From assembly GCA_002426195.1 (NCBI GenBank), contig DIOT01000013.1, forward strand, positions 55,938 through 119,937: DNA of 64,000 nucleotides. The letters are read 5' to 3'. Of this stretch, positions 58,529 to 64,000 are shown piece by piece. Numbering within the stretch: position 1 is the stretch's first letter; each line of letters starts with the position of its first letter. Position numbers and translations under genes: made by a program. Under the pieces are notes generated by a model. That model saw only the letters and a program-made list of their open reading frames with translations, was not told the DNA's origin and made no database searches. Origin of the DNA: Bacteroidales bacterium UBA5507 (GTDB lineage: Bacteria > Bacteroidota > Bacteroidia > Bacteroidales > Lentimicrobiaceae).

Positions 58529-59668
58529 ATGAGGACAAGGATGTTCGTTATCTTCTTTAGTATTGTTTTCCTGGTATATTTTCTGGTAAACTATTATATC
58601 TATACCCATGGAATTAAACTGCTACCACAGGAAAGTGGAATCAGAACATGGTTTACAATCGCATTCTGGTTAATCGTTTCCACATATGTTTTAGGCCGGT
58701 TTATCGAAAGGGTTCATCTTTCAGCTGTTACTGATGTACTCACGTGGATTGGGTCTTTCTGGCTTGCGGTGATGCTGTACTTATTTCTTATTGTCTTGTT
58801 TGTCGATATAATACGACTAGCTAATTACTTTATTCATTTCATACCGCCATCTCTCATCTCTCAGAACTTTAAGACTACACTTTTTACCATAGGTTTTGGC
58901 GTTGCTATTATTACTGTAGCAATCGGGCATATAAATGCTGTCAATCCGGCTGTTAAAAAGATAGTTCTTGACATAAACAAACAAGCCAACGGCCTGAAAG
59001 AAGTAAAAATAGCATTGGTTTCTGACATTCATATGGGTACAGTAATTGGGCCGAGGAGAATGACGAAGCTAGTAAAGGAAATTGAGAGAATTAATCCTGA
59101 TCTGGTATTATTGGCCGGTGATATAGTTGATGAAGATCTGCAACCGGTTATACGGCACGATATGGGCGATGTTCTGAAGAAACTAACCGCCCCTATGGGA
59201 GTGTATGCAATAACAGGTAACCATGAATACATCGGGGGAGTAAATGAAGCCGTCGATTATCTCGAAAAACATAACATCAGTTTTCTACGCGATACAAGTG
59301 TAAAAATTGCTGATGCTTTTTACATTGTTGGCAGAGAAGACAGATCTAAAACCAATCGCAAGTCAATAGCCAGCTTATTAAATGGCAGGGATTCCGTATT
59401 ACCGGTGATAATGCTCGATCATCAGCCTTTTGATCTTGATAGTGTAGTAACAGCAGGTGTTGATGTCCAATTTTCCGGACATACACATCATGGTCAGCTA
59501 TGGCCTTTGAACTACATAACCGAAGCTATCTTTGAAGTAAGTCGTGGATATTTAAAGAAAGGTAACACACATTTTTATGTTTCAAACGGATACGGCTCAT
59601 GGGGGCCTCCTGTAAGAATAGGAAATCGTTCTGAGATTGTAGAAGTTAAATTGAGATTCAAAGAATAA
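58529..59668 (+). CDS. Membrane-anchored metallophosphoesterase
   Basis: Four N-terminal TM helices, then SDIH, AGDIVD, GNHE, DHQP, GHTHHGQ. Confidence 0.92.
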   Translation: MRTRMFVIFFSIVFLVYFLVNYYIYTHGIKLLPQESGIRTWFTIAFWLIVSTYVLGRFIERVHLSAVTDVLTWIGSFWLAVMLYLFLIVLFVDIIRLANYFIHFIPPSLISQNFKTTLFTIGFGVAIITVAIGHINAVNPAVKKIVLDINKQANGLKEVKIALVSDIHMGTVIGPRRMTKLVKEIERINPDLVLLAGDIVDEDLQPVIRHDMGDVLKKLTAPMGVYAITGNHEYIGGVNEAVDYLEKHNISFLRDTSVKIADAFYIVGREDRSKTNRKSIASLLNGRDSVLPVIMLDHQPFDLDSVVTAGVDVQFSGHTHHGQLWPLNYITEAIFEVSRGYLKKGNTHFYVSNGYGSWGPPVRIGNRSEIVEVKLRFKE

Positions 59669-59813
59669 CCTGCGAACTCTGTTTTCAATTAGAACCGGGA
59701 AACAAATCCATATACGAGTTGTTAGTTTTGATGGAATTCCAGAAAAGCTGCCGAATGAGCAGCCGGAGATAAACTATTCTGTTAAACTATTCAAAATTTA
59801 AAGAACTTAAAAT

Positions 59814-60470
59814 ATGGACACTAACCTTGAGCAGGGGAGATCAGGAATGCCGCGAATTGGTGATATAGCACCCGATTTTGAAGCTAACACTACACAGGGA
59901 CATTTAAAGTTCTCAGAGTTCGCTAAGGGCAGCTGGGTGGTAATGTTTTCTCATCCTGCAGATTTTACGCCGGTTTGTACTACTGAAATGTCGGGATTCG
60001 CAGTCAGAGAAGATGAATTTACCGAACTCAACTGCAAGCTTATAGGATTAAGCATTGACAGTGTACATGCACATCTGGCATGGGTGCAGAACGTGCACAA
60101 AAACCTCGGAATATTAATGAAGTTCCCGATTATTGCTGATATCGACATGAAGGTTGCCCGGCTTTATGGAATGATACAGCCTAATGAGAGTGAAACTTCG
60201 GCAGTTCGTGCAGTGTTTTTTATTGACCCTAACCGCAAGATCAAATTGATTATGTACTATCCGATTAATGTAGGCAGAAATATGGATGAAATAATCAGGG
60301 TTCTCAAGGCTATGCAGGTTTCAGAGAAACACAGTGTTGCACTGCCATTAGACTGGCAACCCGGTGATAAAGTAATCGTTCCTCCGCCACGCACAGTCGG
60401 GGAAATGAAAGAAAGAGAAAACAGCGACTACGAGATGGTTGATTTTTATCTTGCAAAGAAAAAAGTGTAA
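59814..60470 (+). CDS. Peroxiredoxin (Prx6-type)
   Basis: FSHPADFTPVCTTE, VRAVFFID, YYP..GRN.DEI.R, P.DW.PGD. Confidence 0.93.
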   Translation: MDTNLEQGRSGMPRIGDIAPDFEANTTQGHLKFSEFAKGSWVVMFSHPADFTPVCTTEMSGFAVREDEFTELNCKLIGLSIDSVHAHLAWVQNVHKNLGILMKFPIIADIDMKVARLYGMIQPNESETSAVRAVFFIDPNRKIKLIMYYPINVGRNMDEIIRVLKAMQVSEKHSVALPLDWQPGDKVIVPPPRTVGEMKERENSDYEMVDFYLAKKKV

Positions 60471-60479
60471 TTAAAAATT

Positions 60480-60517
60480 AAGAGCCATTGCGAAAACAAT
60501 ATGCAATGGCTCTTTTA
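60480..60517. terminator. Terminator between convergent genes
   Basis: 12-bp stem aagagccattgc...gcaatggctctt followed by tt. Confidence 0.75.
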
Positions 60518-62269
60518 TTAATAGACTTTGCCAACCGGATAGACCATATAGTTAAGGTCTGAGTATTTTGATCTGTTGTAAAACCAGTTTAACATAGTCC
60601 ACTGGTTGTTGTATTCAGGGTTATTTTTAACAGTCTCTTCAAATTCTTTCTTTAATTGAGGATCATTTGCAAGCATTTCCCGTGCCATTGGTTCCATTAC
60701 ATAGGTTTCGGAATATTCCTTCTGTTCAAAAACAGCATTAAAGAATCCCCATTCAACCAACGATCCTGAAGCAGTTGGTTCTAGAAGGAAGGCTGCAATC
60801 TTTGCGGCTCGCTGATTAACCGGTATTATTTGTGATCCTTCACGGTACAGGCGCAATTCCTTCCTTTCTTCTGTAGTCACACTAACCATGTGACGGCCTT
60901 CATTTGGCTCTTTACTAAACTCTGCATCTTTAAAATGGGTAACAGTAACCAATATCATACTATCCTTACCAAGTTCCTGCATACTAACTCCGTGTAGCTG
61001 GAGTTTATTAATAACATCAGTCCATTCAACCGGAACAATATAAAATTGTGGGAGCTTTACTGTTTTTTCAGATTTTACTTTAGCGAAAAAAGGTACTCGC
61101 ATAATGACCGGTTTAGTAGGGTCATATTTGAACCATTCACCACCGGTAAGGTCACTTTTCTGAGTAGTGTATTCAAATCCTTTAAAATCGACCATTATGC
61201 TATCTGACTTACTAGTAGTGAAAGAAACAGGCAATGGCTCTTTCCTGAAATTAGCAGATTCAGTCGACTTGTCGGCCATGCTGATTAAGGTCTTAACAGT
61301 CTCACTCTGATGATTTAAAATTTTGAGAGTTTCAACCACCAGAGCATAAGCAGCTGAAACTCTGGTTTTATAGTCTTTAAGCATGTGAGTTTCCACCAGA
61401 ACAGCAGGTCTGTTTTGTGCTGCTGCATACCCGGTTGAAACCAATGGAGATGCAGCACCTTTGCGTAACCCGCTGCGGGGATCATGCCACTTACGGAATT
61501 GCACATATGGAAATATGAGGTAACCATTATCGATCATTCCTTTGGTAAGCCTTGTTTCATAAATATCATTTAACCATCTTGATATACCTGAATCAAGATT
61601 ACCGTACTTCTCTATGTCATAAGTAAGTTGATACTGATAATCAGCACCATCGGTTGTATGTATGTCAATAAAGAAATCAGGTAACCACGTATTGTACATC
61701 TTAAGCCAATGCTTCATTTCAGGGGCTTCTGCTTTAAGAAAATCTCTGTTTAGATTCAGATTCAGAGCATTAGTACGCCAGCCCATTTCTTCCGGACCGT
61801 TCTGGTTTATCCTGTTATATGCGCCAAAACGTTCATGTCCATCGACATTAAAAATAGGAATCACCAGTAAGCTTACTTTATCAAGCAGTCCTTTCTGCTT
61901 TTTGTCGATTATTATATCCCTCAGCAGCATAAGTGATGCGTCTTTTCCATCAGGTTCACCCGGGTGGATACAAGATTGAATCAATACTACGAGCCGCCCC
62001 TTATTCCTTATTAATTCCGGATTCGAAAGACCATCTTTATCAACAATAAGCATCGGTATATCCCGTCCTTGCGGACTTTTACCAAGGTTGATCATACTTA
62101 TATTGGCTGATGCCCTGTCGAGTCGTTCACAATATTCAACAGTTTCATTATATCGCGGGGTTCTGAGATAGTTCGACTTCTCATAAAAAGTCTGCCAGTC
62201 CTGACTAAGGACATTCAACGAGCATAAAAGACTAAAAAAGATTAAGGAGTAAGTGATAGACTTTTTCAT
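60518..62269 (-). CDS. M14 family zinc carboxypeptidase
   Basis: IHPGEPDGKD (HxxE), NVDGHE, NLNRDF, DIHTTDG, VETHMLK and a signal peptide. ATG 62269 preferred. Confidence 0.9.
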   Translation of the reverse strand: MKKSITYSLIFFSLLCSLNVLSQDWQTFYEKSNYLRTPRYNETVEYCERLDRASANISMINLGKSPQGRDIPMLIVDKDGLSNPELIRNKGRLVVLIQSCIHPGEPDGKDASLMLLRDIIIDKKQKGLLDKVSLLVIPIFNVDGHERFGAYNRINQNGPEEMGWRTNALNLNLNRDFLKAEAPEMKHWLKMYNTWLPDFFIDIHTTDGADYQYQLTYDIEKYGNLDSGISRWLNDIYETRLTKGMIDNGYLIFPYVQFRKWHDPRSGLRKGAASPLVSTGYAAAQNRPAVLVETHMLKDYKTRVSAAYALVVETLKILNHQSETVKTLISMADKSTESANFRKEPLPVSFTTSKSDSIMVDFKGFEYTTQKSDLTGGEWFKYDPTKPVIMRVPFFAKVKSEKTVKLPQFYIVPVEWTDVINKLQLHGVSMQELGKDSMILVTVTHFKDAEFSKEPNEGRHMVSVTTEERKELRLYREGSQIIPVNQRAAKIAAFLLEPTASGSLVEWGFFNAVFEQKEYSETYVMEPMAREMLANDPQLKKEFEETVKNNPEYNNQWTMLNWFYNRSKYSDLNYMVYPVGKVY

Positions 62270-62370
62270 TTTTATATAGTTATTAAACACTGATTTTCAA
62301 ATAAGCCTTAGGGGCAAAAATAGCATAAAAAAAATCAATACATTTGATGATTGCTTTAATCGTTAAGATC

Positions 62371-63927
62371 ATGAAATCAATCACATCTTTTCTTCTCTTC
62401 CTGATGCCGCTTCTTCTGAGTGCACAGCATCCCAATATTGAAATTACCAATTATGATAGTCCGAATGAGCCTTCGATAATTATTGATCCGAAGAATCCTC
62501 AAAGAATTATAGCAGCCAATAATATCTGGTGGTACCATACTTCACTCGATGGAGGTATAACATGGAACAGCGACCAATATCTTGAGAGCACTGAACTTGG
62601 TGTTTGGGGAGATCCATGTATAATAGTAGATACAGCGGGTAATTTCTACTTTTTTCATCTCAGTAATCCCCCTCAGGGTGAATGGATTGATCGGATTGTA
62701 GTTCAGCGAACCGGCGATATGGGGAATACATGGACCGGTGGAAGCGGAATCGGGCATATTCCGGGTAAAGCGCAAGATAAAGAATGGGCTGTGGTAAATC
62801 CGTACAACAATGAAATTTATGTCACATGGACACAGTTTGATGTCTATGGTTCCTCCAATCCCAATGATTCAAGCATTATACGATTTTCCAAATCAACTGA
62901 TTTGGGTGAAACATGGTCGGAAGCCATCAGATTGAGTGAGGTTGCAGGTGATTGCATTGATGATGACAACACCACAGAAGGTGCTGTACCTACTGTTGGG
63001 CCCGAAGGACAAATATATGTGTCATGGTCGGGGCCGGCAGGTATTGTTTTCGACAGATCACTTGATGGAGGAAACACATGGCTCGATGAAGACATTTTTG
63101 TAGCAAACCACCCCGGAGGTTGGGCAATAGATATACCGGGTATCAGCAGATGCAACGGAATGCCTGTAACTGATTGCGACAGGAGCAATGGCCCAAACAG
63201 AGGAACAATTTATATAAACTATACTGATCAGCGCTTCGGGCCTAACGATACAGATGTATGGCTGACCAAATCGACTGACGGAGGAACTACATGGAGCACT
63301 CCTGTCAGAGTAAACGATGATGAACCCGGGAAGCATCAATTCTTTACCTGGATGACTGTTGACCAGACAACCGGCAAACTCTGGTTTGTATTTTATGATC
63401 GGCGCAACCATTCTGACAATGCAACCGATGTGTATATGGCAGTCTCAGAAGATGGTGGAGAAACTTTCACCAATTTCAAAGTAAGTGAAGAGCCTTTTAT
63501 TCCCACATCCAGTCGCTTCTTTGGAGATTATAACAATATCTCAGCAGTAAACGATATAGTAAGGCCAATTTGGACAAGACTACATAATGGTGAGATGAAA
63601 ATTATGACAGCAATTGTTGATCCGACTATAACCGGTGATAATCTGTCGGCAACGGCTCCCTACTCCGAAACAGCGGTAGTGCCAAATCCTTTCAATAAAA
63701 GTACGGCATTCTCATTCAAGCTTACCAGGAAGTCGCACATCTCATTAAAGGTGAAAGATATAACCGGCAGGACGATAGCCAACTTAATTCAGGCTAAAAC
63801 TATGATGCCCGGTAAATACTCGAAAACACTGGAAGCTGAAGGAATTTTCCTTACTGCAGGTGTTTATTACTTCGTTTTAGAGGCAGATAATAAGGTTACG
63901 ACAAAGAAGGTAATATACACACCTTGA
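62371..63927 (+). CDS. T9SS-secreted BNR/Asp-box beta-propeller protein (sialidase-like fold)
   Basis: About six SxDGGxTW Asp-boxes, QDKEW, FFGDY, and CTD VPNPFN..GVYY..KKV. Start moved to ATG 62371 because TACATTTG at 62339-62346 overlaps the TTG call. Confidence 0.82.
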   Translation: MKSITSFLLFLMPLLLSAQHPNIEITNYDSPNEPSIIIDPKNPQRIIAANNIWWYHTSLDGGITWNSDQYLESTELGVWGDPCIIVDTAGNFYFFHLSNPPQGEWIDRIVVQRTGDMGNTWTGGSGIGHIPGKAQDKEWAVVNPYNNEIYVTWTQFDVYGSSNPNDSSIIRFSKSTDLGETWSEAIRLSEVAGDCIDDDNTTEGAVPTVGPEGQIYVSWSGPAGIVFDRSLDGGNTWLDEDIFVANHPGGWAIDIPGISRCNGMPVTDCDRSNGPNRGTIYINYTDQRFGPNDTDVWLTKSTDGGTTWSTPVRVNDDEPGKHQFFTWMTVDQTTGKLWFVFYDRRNHSDNATDVYMAVSEDGGETFTNFKVSEEPFIPTSSRFFGDYNNISAVNDIVRPIWTRLHNGEMKIMTAIVDPTITGDNLSATAPYSETAVVPNPFNKSTAFSFKLTRKSHISLKVKDITGRTIANLIQAKTMMPGKYSKTLEAEGIFLTAGVYYFVLEADNKVTTKKVIYTP

Positions 63928-64000
63928 CGTTTTTTTCTTAAATTCGCGCAATTTTTTACTTGTTTATAAATCATTATACTTTAATGGATAAACACCATAT

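Noticed and set aside
59735-59770. Small hairpin (gctgc-cgaatga-gcagc) in the peroxiredoxin leader as a regulatory RNA
   Set aside because: Only a 5-bp core stem with no recognisable family features, so it cannot be supported from sequence alone.
378-63411. Numerous 60-140 aa ORFs antisense to or nested in long genes (e.g. 378-701, 4452-4805, 11888-12319, 35791-36156, 62844-63188)
   Set aside because: They are shadow ORFs fully overlapping well-supported genes, with no recognisable motifs.

Overview
A 64 kb, AT-rich, gene-dense chromosomal segment from a Bacteroidota genome, most likely a Bacteroidales member. Support for that assignment: TAnnTTTG -7 promoter boxes, a SusC/SusD pair, T9SS C-terminal domains, gldH and a three-gene sdh/frd operon. 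Much of it is housekeeping: pyrC, glnA, yicC-gmk-nadD-holB, sdhCAB, ricT-gldH-PBP1A, purF and two tRNAs. I saw no CRISPR array, IS element, integrase or prophage. Four accessory modules stand out. (1) An envelope-modification cluster at 46079-55127: an MBOAT plus AlgJ/AlgX-like acyl-transfer pair, divergent from three GT-C-like membrane proteins and a methyltransferase-GT2 fusion. Three otherwise unrelated proteins in it end in the same gapless 34-aa C-terminal module, which contains a D-(S/T)-hydrophobic O-glycosylation sequon. This is the best candidate for an undescribed system. (2) A secreted EEP nuclease divergent from a non-SusC TonB-dependent receptor and a DUF5689-like lipoprotein, a probable extracellular-DNA scavenging locus. 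(3) A susC-susD-LamG unit with no CAZyme gene. (4) A membrane TPR-LuxR regulator, a small ORF and a 1.5k-aa T9SS cargo, preceded by an 11-bp tandem repeat array. hsp20 has a sigma54-like promoter, paired upstream boxes and a strong Shine-Dalgarno, which is unusual for this phylum. All family assignments come from reading motifs by eye; no database searches were run.
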